From a virus: a DNA stretch of 64,000 bases. Shown here in pieces: positions 19,940 through 28,873 of the stretch; position 1 is the first letter of the stretch; the number at the start of each line of letters is the position of its first letter. The stretch spans positions 1-64,000 of IMG/VR virus record IMGVR_UViG_3300028030_000011, one strand, 5' to 3'. The notes below the pieces were generated by a model. It was not told the DNA's origin and ran no database searches. It worked only from the letters and a program-made list of their open reading frames with translations. Both the position numbers and the translations under genes were made by a program.

Positions 19940-20561
19940 ATTATTAGATGTATTAAATATTAGCAAAGAAGAGATTAGCAATGTAGAAGTAGCTGAAATT
20001 AGAGAAGGCAAAGAAATTCTTGATTCAGGTATATATAAAGGTACTATTGAACTATATCTATTTAAAACAAAAGAGACATCAGATGTGAAAATGCTTAAAA
20101 CTAAAGCTACAATCATCATTGATGAAAGCGAACATATTCTTGAAACATACACTAACATTATCAAGAAAGATGGAAAAAGCAATGAATATGGTCTTAGAGA
20201 TTTAGTTGGTTATCTTGCTGCTGTTGGAGTTGATATTAATGAAATTGAAACAACTCTTGTAGAAGAGAAATGCTATGGAAGTAAAAAAGAGTGTAATCAA
20301 ATTAATCTTCCAAAGAAACAAGTTACAGTATTTGTTCGTAAAGTATTTGAAGAAGGAGCTGATTATCCTGATTACAATGAAATTGAAGGTATTTTTGATG
20401 AAAATGGTAATAATGCTAAAGGTGAAGACCAAATTGAAACATTTAATGCTAAAATTGAAAAGATGCCTGTGTTAAAGAAAAAAGCTAAAACCAAAGAATC
20501 TTCAAGTTATAACAAATCTATAGCTAAAGAACCATCTAAAAAAGCTAAATCATTGCTTTAA
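19926..20561 (+). CDS. Putative ssDNA-binding protein (N4 gp45-like)
   Basis: LDSGIYKGTI motif, NEI motif, position next to Sak4-like ATPase. Confidence 0.5.
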   Translation: MTMSKLLDVLNISKEEISNVEVAEIREGKEILDSGIYKGTIELYLFKTKETSDVKMLKTKATIIIDESEHILETYTNIIKKDGKSNEYGLRDLVGYLAAVGVDINEIETTLVEEKCYGSKKECNQINLPKKQVTVFVRKVFEEGADYPDYNEIEGIFDENGNNAKGEDQIETFNAKIEKMPVLKKKAKTKESSSYNKSIAKEPSKKAKSLL

Positions 20562-20570
20562 GGGTCGAAT

Positions 20571-22133
20571 ATGACCTTTAAACCTACAAAGGAACAGTCT
20601 CTTATTATAGAGGCTGTCAATGATAAAGTAACTCCTATAATAGCTATACAAGCTAATTCTGGCTCTGCGAAAACAAGTAGTTTGCTTATGTCTTTACAGC
20701 ATGATTCTTGTTGGTTCAAAAGTGGTTTATTTTTAGCATTCAACAAGAAGATAGCAATGGAAAATGCTAAAAAAGTTCCTAACTATATTGAATGTGTAAC
20801 TCTTCATAGTTTAGCATATAAATATATTGTAAGACCATTGAGATTAAAAGTTAAAAACAATATTCAAGAGAGTGATTTTAATCATGAGAATAGTAAAGTT
20901 AGGAATAAATGTGTATGGCTAATGAACAAGTTTTGTACATCTAGGTATACAAAACTTGATGAATTTTTTGAAAGTATGAAAAATAAACCTAAATCATTTT
21001 ACAAAAAATTACTTAAAGATGTGATTATAGACATGGAAGAAGGCAAAAAGCCTATACCTCATTCAGTCTACATGAAACTATTTCATCTACATTTAGCAAG
21101 TGGTTCTGTTGATATGCCTGAATATGATTTGCTATTTTTAGATGAAGCTGGTGATATTAATGGTGTGTATCTGGAAGTATTTTTGCTTATAAATGCAAAG
21201 AAAAAAGTAGCTACAGGAGATTCAAGTCAAAATATTTATGGCTTTAATCATACATTAAATGGATTAGAAATTCTAGTAAATGAGTATAGAGCTAAAGAGT
21301 TTTCTCTTAGTAAAACTTTTCGTTGCTCACATGAAATCAGTAAAACAATTCAGTCTTTTTGTGATAAATATATTGATGATGAAGTCTCCTTTATTGGTAC
21401 TAAAAACACTCTCACAGAACCAAAGACATTCATGTTTCTAACAAGAGGGAATAGAGAATTATTAGAAGAGATTTATACCTGTATGCTCAATGATACAAAG
21501 TTTTCACTTGCTAGAGATGCTAATGCAATATTTGATTTGTTAATATGGTGCAAAAGCACTATTTACAATATTTATGAAGAGTATAAAGAGACAAATATTG
21601 AACCAGATATACCACAAGGGTATGAATATATTTGGAAAGAGTTTAAAGATGCAAAAGCAAATAGATATAGCTTTTCCAAATGGGTAAAAGAGAGAGCAAA
21701 AGATGATAAATTCTTTCCACAAGAATTAATTAGAACAATTGAATTGATTCGTGATTATAGTAGTAAAGACCTTATCTCTATGAAGCAATATTGCAAGGAT
21801 AGAGCTAATAAAGACTCTAGGTATACTTTAGGTACTGTATTCTCTACAAAAGGATTAGAAGCTGATTGCGTGTATATAGGAGATAGTCTGAATAAGTCAA
21901 TGAAAGACTATATAATGAATCCTGATGAGTATACAGATGAAACAGAGGCATTTCTGTACTACACAGGATGTACTAGGGCTAAAAAATGGTTAATCAATGC
22001 TGAGATACTCAGAAAAGAATATATAGGTAATGATGATTATTCTATTGTAGATGGTTCAAATATGAACTATGGAGTATTTAAGAGAATGATTGATACTAAA
22101 GATAGTATCAATGAAAAATTTAAAGGATTGTAA
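20571..22133 (+). CDS. SF1 UvrD-like helicase
   Basis: ANSGSAKT, LAFNK, LDEAGD, GDSSQNIYGF, LSKTFRC, TKGLEAD, YTGCTRAK. Confidence 0.9.
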   Translation: MTFKPTKEQSLIIEAVNDKVTPIIAIQANSGSAKTSSLLMSLQHDSCWFKSGLFLAFNKKIAMENAKKVPNYIECVTLHSLAYKYIVRPLRLKVKNNIQESDFNHENSKVRNKCVWLMNKFCTSRYTKLDEFFESMKNKPKSFYKKLLKDVIIDMEEGKKPIPHSVYMKLFHLHLASGSVDMPEYDLLFLDEAGDINGVYLEVFLLINAKKKVATGDSSQNIYGFNHTLNGLEILVNEYRAKEFSLSKTFRCSHEISKTIQSFCDKYIDDEVSFIGTKNTLTEPKTFMFLTRGNRELLEEIYTCMLNDTKFSLARDANAIFDLLIWCKSTIYNIYEEYKETNIEPDIPQGYEYIWKEFKDAKANRYSFSKWVKERAKDDKFFPQELIRTIELIRDYSSKDLISMKQYCKDRANKDSRYTLGTVFSTKGLEADCVYIGDSLNKSMKDYIMNPDEYTDETEAFLYYTGCTRAKKWLINAEILRKEYIGNDDYSIVDGSNMNYGVFKRMIDTKDSINEKFKGL

Positions 22134-22348
22134 TGAATTATGGATTACAAAAAGCAACTGAGGTTATGACTAAGGCAGACGCTATAGCCATTAAGCAAAT
22201 AAATGGTGAACCTGTAATGTCTACATTGAGAATTGCTGAGGTAACAGGGAAAGAACATAGTGATGTGCTAAAAAGCTCTCGAAGAGTGTTTGAAGAGCTA
22301 GAATTAGCCGAGGGAAAATATTCCCTGAGCTATTTTGATGCAAAATAG
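22133..22348 (+). CDS. Truncated Rha-family regulator
   Basis: MSTLRIAEVTGKEHSDVLKS Rha N-terminus; stops after the variable segment. Confidence 0.7.
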   Translation: MNYGLQKATEVMTKADAIAIKQINGEPVMSTLRIAEVTGKEHSDVLKSSRRVFEELELAEGKYSLSYFDAK

Positions 22349-22408
22349 GAGAGTCCAAATTTAGCTTCTCCTATTTAAATCTGATACAAAAACAATAAAA
22401 GGTAAATA

Positions 22409-23161
22409 ATGGAATTTAAAATAATTACAGTAGAGAATGATGAGTCGTTTGTAACGATAGATACATTAATTAAATTTAGTGGTAATGTAGAATACTCTGT
22501 TAAAGAATTAATAAGAGAGAATGAGTCAGATATTATGGAATTTAGAAATGAGGGTTCAACCCCCAATTTTGAAAAAAGTGAAAAAGGTAATATTAAATGG
22601 AAACTTGTAAGACTTAATGAAGACCAAGCATCTTTTATTTTAACACTCATGGCAAACAGTCCAGAAGTTAAACTATTTAAGAAAAATCTAATCAAAGAGT
22701 TTAGAGCCTTGAAGAATCAAGTGTTAGAGATTAAGTCTCCAATGCAATTAATTCAAGAAGCTATTGTACTTGCTAATGAACAAGTAGAGAAAGAGAGAAG
22801 TGCAAAAGAGAGAGCATTGAACATGATTCAAACTGCAAAACTTATAGAATCTACTAATGAAGAATCTAAAAAAGATGTCTCAGTAGAAGAGTTCTGCAAA
22901 ATGATTAGTGATAAGTATTCTGTTTTAGTTGGAAGAACGTTAATATATCATATTTTAAGAGAGATGGGATTAGTAATGAAAGACTCAACTAAACCTACTC
23001 AAAGAGGTTTAATGGTCTATCTTGCATATCGTAAACATGAAAGAGGTTATTCAACTAGAATATTCAGAGATAAGGCAAATAAACTTGCTAAATACATGCT
23101 AACGTTTCTAGCAAATAACAGAGAGATTAACGATGCACTTGGTAATCCGTTTGAAATATAA
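22409..23161 (+). CDS. Antirepressor-like protein (Rha-like N-terminus plus KilAC/ANT C-terminus)
   Basis: LNEDQASFILTLMANS..FKKNLIKEF; VSVEEFCKMI..GRTLIY..LRE..PTQRG. Confidence 0.7.
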   Translation: MEFKIITVENDESFVTIDTLIKFSGNVEYSVKELIRENESDIMEFRNEGSTPNFEKSEKGNIKWKLVRLNEDQASFILTLMANSPEVKLFKKNLIKEFRALKNQVLEIKSPMQLIQEAIVLANEQVEKERSAKERALNMIQTAKLIESTNEESKKDVSVEEFCKMISDKYSVLVGRTLIYHILREMGLVMKDSTKPTQRGLMVYLAYRKHERGYSTRIFRDKANKLAKYMLTFLANNREINDALGNPFEI

Positions 23162-23182
23162 TATAGCAGAGGAGTTACAATT

Positions 23183-24112
23183 ATGAATGTACTATCATTA
23201 TTTGACGGTATAGGTACTGGTCAATTGGCATTGAAGCATTTAAATTTTAAAGTTGATAAATGTGTAGCTTATGAAATAGATGAATTGCCAAAATCTATAG
23301 CTATGAGACATTTCCCTGATACTGATTATAGAGGAGATGTTAAGGAGTTTAATGTTAAAGATTTTGATTTTAAATTTGACCTCGTAATGGGTGGTAGTAG
23401 CTGTAATGACTTATCAAATGCTATGGCTAATAGAGATGGTATAGTTGGTTCAAAATCAAGTATATTCTTTGAATTTGTACGCATTTTAAAAAGCGTTAAA
23501 CCTAAATACTTCTTATTTGAAAATGTAGGAAGCATGAGTAAAGCAGACGAAATAATTATAACTCAAATGCTTGGATGTGAACCAATAAAGATTAACAGTA
23601 AAGATTATTCTCCTGCTCTTCGTAATCGTTATTATTGGACTAATATTCCACAAGACAAACATGATAATGCATTTAAGAATGATATAAATTTAAATGATAT
23701 TCTTGAAGATGGTTGGTATTCAGATAGAAAGAAAGCTAGAGCATTATTGGCTTCTGATAGTAGACCTCTTACATCTCCTATTAAGATGATGCATCGTTAT
23801 ATTAATACCGGATTTACAACTGTAGTATTCAGAAATAAAGAGATTGCAGATATGATGATTAAAGATTTCAAAGAAAGATTCTATGGGTTAAAAGCCAAAG
23901 ATATTGATATGGAGTCTATTGATAAAAATATATACAGTAGCGAAAATATTAGATATTTGAACCAACTAGAATTAGAATCATGTCAAACTATACCTCATGG
24001 CTATACAGATGGATTAACTAGAAATCAAGCTGCACATGTACTTGGTAATGGATGGACTTGTCTTGTTATTATGAAGCTACTTAACGGAATGGAAATGGAG
24101 AAAACATTATGA
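23183..24112 (+). CDS. C5-cytosine DNA methyltransferase
   Basis: SLFDGIG, GGSSC (motif IV), FENV, RNRYYW, LGNGW. Confidence 0.9.
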   Translation: MNVLSLFDGIGTGQLALKHLNFKVDKCVAYEIDELPKSIAMRHFPDTDYRGDVKEFNVKDFDFKFDLVMGGSSCNDLSNAMANRDGIVGSKSSIFFEFVRILKSVKPKYFLFENVGSMSKADEIIITQMLGCEPIKINSKDYSPALRNRYYWTNIPQDKHDNAFKNDINLNDILEDGWYSDRKKARALLASDSRPLTSPIKMMHRYINTGFTTVVFRNKEIADMMIKDFKERFYGLKAKDIDMESIDKNIYSSENIRYLNQLELESCQTIPHGYTDGLTRNQAAHVLGNGWTCLVIMKLLNGMEMEKTL

Positions 24113-24471
24113 TATGTATAACAGATTCTAGTGGTGGAGTATTATTTGAAGATGATGAAATATCTCTTGAAGAAGCAAATGCCATAGTAAATACTTATGG
24201 TAAAAAAAATGAAAAATACTATATTCAAGTAGCTAATTCAGGAATTATATTGGATGATGAACTGAAAGAATTGATTGAACAGTATTATACTAAGGAAGAA
24301 ATATTTGAATTATTTTTAGTATCTAGTTTAAACATCACAACAATGTTAGAATATGAGATAAAACCTATTGTTAAAAAAGCATCATTAAAAAAATTTGAAA
24401 AATTATTATTGGGTATTAAAGAGACTCAAATAGATTTTAAAGACACTACATTTGATATACTTAAAAGATAA
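24109..24471 (+). CDS. Hypothetical protein
   Basis: ATGA coupling. Confidence 0.65.
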   Translation: MICITDSSGGVLFEDDEISLEEANAIVNTYGKKNEKYYIQVANSGIILDDELKELIEQYYTKEEIFELFLVSSLNITTMLEYEIKPIVKKASLKKFEKLLLGIKETQIDFKDTTFDILKR

Positions 24472-24474
24472 TAA

Positions 24475-24984
24475 ATGATGCAAAATTGGATTACAAAAGA
24501 TAAATTAGTAGATAATATTCATAAAGATATTCATGGTTTTGTATATTGTATCTATTATGAAGATGGTAAAAAATATATTGGTAAAAAGTCTTGTCACTCT
24601 TATATAACTAAACGACCTCTTAAAAGAGGTACAAATAAAGGATTTGTTTGCAAGATTAAAAGAACTGTGTATAGGGATATAGATGGTTCAATCGTTACGA
24701 GCAAAAACAAAATAAAAGCTCTAAGAGCGAAAGGGATTAAAGGAAAGATAGAAGAGTTTGATAAATGTATAGTGGAAAGTAATTGGCGTAAATATATAGG
24801 TTCTAGCAAAGAAGCAAAAGCTAGAAAAAATATGATTACTAAAAGAGAAATATTACATTTTTGTAGAAATAAAAAATATCTTTCATATATGGAGACAAAA
24901 GAGTTATTTTGTAGAGAAGTATTGGAAAATGAAAATTACATTAATGATAATATAAATGGTAGCTATTACCGAAAGGACGTATAG
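24475..24984 (+). CDS. GIY-YIG-like endonuclease
   Basis: GFVYCI..KKYIGKK..ESNWRKYIGSS..REIL..YINDNI. Confidence 0.7.
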   Translation: MMQNWITKDKLVDNIHKDIHGFVYCIYYEDGKKYIGKKSCHSYITKRPLKRGTNKGFVCKIKRTVYRDIDGSIVTSKNKIKALRAKGIKGKIEEFDKCIVESNWRKYIGSSKEAKARKNMITKREILHFCRNKKYLSYMETKELFCREVLENENYINDNINGSYYRKDV

Positions 24985-25179
24985 ATGCATTGGTATATGT
25001 TGATGAAACAAATACTTAAACAAGGTCTTATAGAGTCTACAGAAGCTGTTATATATGATAGTAGTGGTTTTATGCTTTATGAACCAAAACACGAAGATAT
25101 AAATCAATATGAAGCTGATATGATAGCATATCAAGAATACATAAGCGATAACTATGGAATGGGATATAAATATGAATAA
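24985..25179 (+). CDS. Hypothetical protein
   Basis: Abuts previous stop, AAGGA RBS. Confidence 0.55.
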   Translation: MHWYMLMKQILKQGLIESTEAVIYDSSGFMLYEPKHEDINQYEADMIAYQEYISDNYGMGYKYE

Positions 25180-25408
25180 TATAAAACAGCAATTATTAAC
25201 TAGAAATCAATTTATAATGCTTTTAGCAAATACTCCAGAAGAGTATATTTATGATAATAAAACAGGAGAAGGAAAAGCATGGTTTTATTCAAATAAATTT
25301 GTAGAACCTTTACAAATGAGACAAGATGATGGAAAGATAAGAGAATTTAAACTTTCTGAAATACCTTTGAGAGCTACATATTGGGTGGTTCAGCATGAAA
25401 ACAATTAA
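25154..25408 (+). CDS. Hypothetical protein
   Basis: Operon context. Confidence 0.55.
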   Translation: MEWDINMNNIKQQLLTRNQFIMLLANTPEEYIYDNKTGEGKAWFYSNKFVEPLQMRQDDGKIREFKLSEIPLRATYWVVQHENN

Positions 25409-25529
25409 AGCTATAGCAACAGCTTTAGGAGCTATGACAATAGTTACTCTATTGATTGTAGCACCATTACAGCTATTTGTAGGAACAATGGTATTTCTAT
25501 TGATAATGGAAGAAAAGGAGACAAAATAA
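25395..25529 (+). CDS. Small hydrophobic membrane protein (44 aa, not in track)
   Basis: MKTIKAIATALGAMTIVTLLIVAPLQLFVGTMVFLLIMEEKETK fills the operon gap. Confidence 0.55.
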   Translation: MKTIKAIATALGAMTIVTLLIVAPLQLFVGTMVFLLIMEEKETK

Positions 25530-25530
25530 T

Positions 25531-25761
25531 ATGTATTTAACAAAATGTTTAAAATGCAATACAATTATGTATGAGGATAATCCTAGTGAAGTCAGTAGAG
25601 ATTATACTGATAAAGAGATAGAGGATATTAATATATTAAATATTACAATAGTATATGATGATAATGATGATGAAAAAGAGTATGGATTTTTAGCATGTCC
25701 TAAATGTTTACATGATGGTAATTTAATTGATTGTGTAGATGACATAAAGGAATATAAATGA
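25531..25761 (+). CDS. Zn-ribbon protein
   Basis: CLKC...CPKC, AAGGAG RBS. Confidence 0.65.
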   Translation: MYLTKCLKCNTIMYEDNPSEVSRDYTDKEIEDINILNITIVYDDNDDEKEYGFLACPKCLHDGNLIDCVDDIKEYK

Positions 25762-26069
25762 AACATCCATTATTGAATGAAAATAGTATTCATTATGATA
25801 CAAATGATAAACCTACAATATATGAGATTGAAAAAGAACTTACAATTGAAGAGATGATAGGTGCTTGTAAATTTAATATAATGAAATACAGAATGAGAGA
25901 TAAAGGTCAAGATGTAGAAGATAATGAAAAAATAACAGACTATATCGCTTATAGAGTATTCTTGGAATTATTGATAGAAGAATATAAAGATACTCTTGAT
26001 GATATAAGAGGATATAGAGTAAGAACTATAATTGATACATGTATGCCTGACTTGGAGTATAAATCATGA
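25758..26069 (+). CDS. DUF3310-like protein
   Basis: HY..IGACKFNIMKYRMRDKGQ..D..K. Confidence 0.65.
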   Translation: MKHPLLNENSIHYDTNDKPTIYEIEKELTIEEMIGACKFNIMKYRMRDKGQDVEDNEKITDYIAYRVFLELLIEEYKDTLDDIRGYRVRTIIDTCMPDLEYKS

Positions 26070-26133
26070 ATGATATTATATTAGGAATAGTAGCATTGAA
26101 AATATCAATGTTAATGACTATGATTTTAAAGGT

Positions 26134-26163
26134 TATTTTGAACCACATATAAGAGATGGTTCA
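26134..26163. terminator. Bidirectional terminator / partial copy of cassette repeat R1
   Basis: TGAACCA-CATATAAGAGA-TGGTTCA-TTTTT between convergent genes. Confidence 0.7.
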
Positions 26164-26169
26164 TTTTTA

Positions 26170-26781
26170 TTATGCTAGTAGATTTTTAGCTTCTTCTATT
26201 TTAGTTTCATAGTAAGAAGCTATTTGTTTAAATTCTTCTTGCAATCTTTCAACCTCTGACTTCTGAGGCTTATTTGCTTTACACCATCTATCATAAGCAT
26301 TTCTTACTAAAGAAGAATCATAGGTTGGAGTATTATAAATCATTTTACCAACAGTACCATTTAATTCATCTGGTATTTCTCTTCTAACAGTTATTTTGGC
26401 TTTTGTTTGAGCTAATCCACTCCATACTAAAGCATCCCATACCTCAGTCTCCATTACATCATCTTCAATATCTTCAAATGTAGTACCTATACAACCTCTA
26501 ACACTCATATAGCCATTTTCATATACTTTTGGTTTTTTAGCTATTTTAACAGCTTGTTCTATAGTTGGTCTTAATTCTCCTTTTTTATCTGTATATTTAA
26601 CGGGCTGAAATTTCAGCTCGTTAAATCTTTCTTCATCAAGAGTTGAAATCATTTTATTGAAATCAGAAACTAAATTTTTATTCTCTTTTCCATATTGGTC
26701 AGCTACATCTTTTAATGTCATTTTAAATCCTGCATTTTGCAAGAAACTCTCTGTTGGTGTTAATTCGATTAAATCTTTCAT
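26170..26781 (-). CDS. Cassette A: Rha-like N-terminus (shortened) plus shared C-terminal domain
   Basis: MTLKDVADQYGKENKNLVSDF..Y.DKKGELRP (Rha); AKKPKVYENGYMSVRG. Confidence 0.75.
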   Translation of the reverse strand: MKDLIELTPTESFLQNAGFKMTLKDVADQYGKENKNLVSDFNKMISTLDEERFNELKFQPVKYTDKKGELRPTIEQAVKIAKKPKVYENGYMSVRGCIGTTFEDIEDDVMETEVWDALVWSGLAQTKAKITVRREIPDELNGTVGKMIYNTPTYDSSLVRNAYDRWCKANKPQKSEVERLQEEFKQIASYYETKIEEAKNLLA

Positions 26782-26849
26782 AGATTTATCCTTTAATTAA
26801 AAGTACGGACAATGATAAATTTTGTGAGAGTGAAGTTATGAAGAATCTT

Positions 26850-27032
26850 GTCCAGAGAGTTCTTCAAACTATATATACACTCATTTCAGGTTCAAAAGTA
26901 GTTTAGAGAGGTAAAGTTACCTCTCAAAGAACTCTCTGGACGAGAAATCAATGTATACAAAACAATAAGTTTACTCAATGGTATTCATCTCTGAATACCT
27001 AGAAAGTGGCTTGAACACCATTCAGTAAACTT
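26850..27032 (-). ncRNA. Two tandem structured leader elements (A1 orphan 26967-27032; A2 26850-26957)
   Basis: A2: stem 26874-26887/26944-26957; 15-bp perfect antisense 26927-26941 versus target 26850-26864. Confidence 0.7.
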
Positions 27033-27040
27033 TATAACAG

Positions 27041-27083
27041 TATATCACATCTATTTTAAGAACCACCTATAAGAGATGGTTCA
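27041..27083 (-). repeat. Cassette repeat R1 (terminator hairpin plus promoter), copy 1
   Basis: Minus strand TGAACCATCTCTTATAGGTGGTTC-TTAAAATAGATGTGATATA(C/A)T; also at 27888 and 28830. Confidence 0.95.
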
Positions 27084-27133
27084 GTTCTACCTTTTCCTGA
27101 CTGACTCGCCTGACTGTCGAGCCAATAATTTAA

Positions 27134-27736
27134 TTAGTTGTAATACTGCTTTAATAAATTTATTGCACTATCAAATTTTATATAAGGTGTTTGAAACTCA
27201 CCTCTAGTCTTCAATAAGCCATTGCAATCATTTTTCATGTGCCAATATCTAGTTGGTCTTATTGAATCTTCTATTGCTCCAAGTTTAACAAAGAACTCTT
27301 GTATTTGAGATTCTGTATAATCAGTTCTTTGTGCTATACCTCTTATAGAAGAATATCCATCAGAATCTATCATGCATAATTTCTTTTCTGATTTCAATAG
27401 TTTAATCTCTTCTTCTTTTGATGCTGTTAACATTTCATAAATAATATTATCACACCAAATTGCAAATTCTGGAGAAATCCATCTAGCAAATATAATCAAT
27501 AAACTATTATGGATTAATGTCTTTCCAACTATAGTTGTATTGATTAAGGTTCTTTTAACAGCGTTACATTTTTGTAACGCACTTAAATATTCCTTAACTC
27601 CTTTTGATTTTCTCCAATGAGTAAAATTTTTACCATGAGATTTAGCTATACCACTAACATCAATCATAAATTCTTTTTCATTGATTACCTCTATAGGCAA
27701 TACAGCTTCATTAAAAACTTTTACAAGTTCTTTCAT
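27134..27736 (-). CDS. Cassette B: KilA-N domain plus shared C-terminal domain (possible upstream in-frame TTG at 27796/27793)
   Basis: IDVSGIAKSHGKNFTHW..FARWISPEFAIWCD; DSDGYSSIRG. Confidence 0.85.
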   Translation of the reverse strand: MKELVKVFNEAVLPIEVINEKEFMIDVSGIAKSHGKNFTHWRKSKGVKEYLSALQKCNAVKRTLINTTIVGKTLIHNSLLIIFARWISPEFAIWCDNIIYEMLTASKEEEIKLLKSEKKLCMIDSDGYSSIRGIAQRTDYTESQIQEFFVKLGAIEDSIRPTRYWHMKNDCNGLLKTRGEFQTPYIKFDSAINLLKQYYN

Positions 27737-27778
27737 GATATTTTCTTTCCATAACAATAATTCTAAGTTTTGATTGAT

Positions 27779-27881
27779 GGTGTATGAAATCAACAATCAC
27801 AAATTAATAACTTAGAGGTATATGAAAATTGAGTAATTTCCATATACCAATTATTGGCTTCATACACCTCTAAGCTATTAA
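27779..27881 (-). ncRNA. Structured antisense leader element B
   Basis: Stem 27804-27819/27866-27881; antisense 27850-27868 versus target 27779-27797. Confidence 0.7.
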
Positions 27882-27887
27882 CAAAAT

Positions 27888-27930
27888 TATATCACATCTA
27901 TTTTAAGAACCACCTATAAGAGATGGTTCA
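27888..27930 (-). repeat. Cassette repeat R1, copy 2
   Basis: 43 bp identical to 27041-27083. Confidence 0.95.
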
Positions 27931-27935
27931 TTTAG

Positions 27936-28667
27936 CTATGCTAACAGATTTTCATCAACATACTTTATTGCAGCGTTAGAGAATCTCTCTCTCAATTCAT
28001 CGGCTTCTTCTGATGTTGGTTTGCCATCTTGAATATATTTATAAACTAAATCATTTATGAATTTTAAATCAAATGTAGGTAGTCCATAACTAGTTCTTGA
28101 AGCCATCACATATTTAGCAATCTCATTATCTGTATCTATATCTCTTGATATTGTAATTTTAGGCATAGTCTTAACATACCCATAATGAACTAGCATATCC
28201 CATGCTTCATGTTCTTTTACTACTTCTATACCTTGCTCTTTCAATTCTACTAAACAACCCTTCAAACTCATAAAACCATTGTCATATACTTTTGGCTTTT
28301 TAGCATCTCTTATTGCTTTTGCCTTTTCTTTAGAAAATTCAATCCTTAAAGCATCTTCTCTAATCTTTTGAATTTCATCTCTCATAGTAAAAAATTGATT
28401 TACAAGTTCCTCTTTGAATTTTTCAGTAATTTCATTGTTTGGTAACAATGTTAAAAGTAAGGTACAAGATTTTTCATCAAACTTCATTTCAGAATAATTT
28501 AAGTCTTCCGACAAATCGTATGGATAACTTAATCCATTCTTAATCAACATATTTATCTTTCGTTTAACTATTTTCTTAACAGCTTCATCTCCAAGTTTAG
28601 AAAATTTAATAATAGTAGATAATTCTACAACAGCATTAGTGTTTTCAATAGTAATAAGATTTTGCAT
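27936..28667 (-). CDS. Cassette C: Rha-like N-terminus (similar to gene 22409) plus shared C-terminal domain (possible upstream in-frame TTG at 28721)
   Basis: ATG 28667 with GAGGA RBS; FDEKSCTLLLTLLPNN..FKEELVNQF; AKKPKVYDNGFMSLKG. Confidence 0.75.
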   Translation of the reverse strand: MQNLITIENTNAVVELSTIIKFSKLGDEAVKKIVKRKINMLIKNGLSYPYDLSEDLNYSEMKFDEKSCTLLLTLLPNNEITEKFKEELVNQFFTMRDEIQKIREDALRIEFSKEKAKAIRDAKKPKVYDNGFMSLKGCLVELKEQGIEVVKEHEAWDMLVHYGYVKTMPKITISRDIDTDNEIAKYVMASRTSYGLPTFDLKFINDLVYKYIQDGKPTSEEADELRERFSNAAIKYVDENLLA

Positions 28668-28711
28668 CTTTATTCCTCTTAACAATGGTAATAAATTTAG
28701 AGTTTGGATTT

Positions 28712-28825
28712 GATGTACCAAATCAATCCATAAACCTATTTAATATAGTAAACTCAAAGATGAACCAATTACGAGTGTAATTAGAACATCAAGATGATTT
28801 GGTACATCTTTCAATTTACATACTA
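28712..28825 (-). ncRNA. Structured antisense leader element C
   Basis: Stem 28741-28762/28805-28825; perfect 14-bp antisense 28795-28808 versus target 28712-28725. Confidence 0.7.
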
Positions 28826-28829
28826 AAAT

Positions 28830-28872
28830 TATATCACATCTATTTTAAGAACCACCTATATAGGATGGTTCA
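28830..28872 (-). repeat. Cassette repeat R1, copy 3 (also the terminator of the vRNAP gene)
   Basis: Near-identical to the other R1 copies; 1 nt after the vRNAP stop. Confidence 0.95.
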
Positions 28873-28873
28873 T

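Noticed and set aside
27095-27123. GC-rich patch with CCTGACTG twice
   Set aside because: Too short and unique to support any function
26134-28872. R1 and R2 repeats as a CRISPR array
   Set aside because: Spacing is about 0.9 kb with whole genes between repeats; no cas operon; the Cas4-like nuclease is a typical phage replication nuclease
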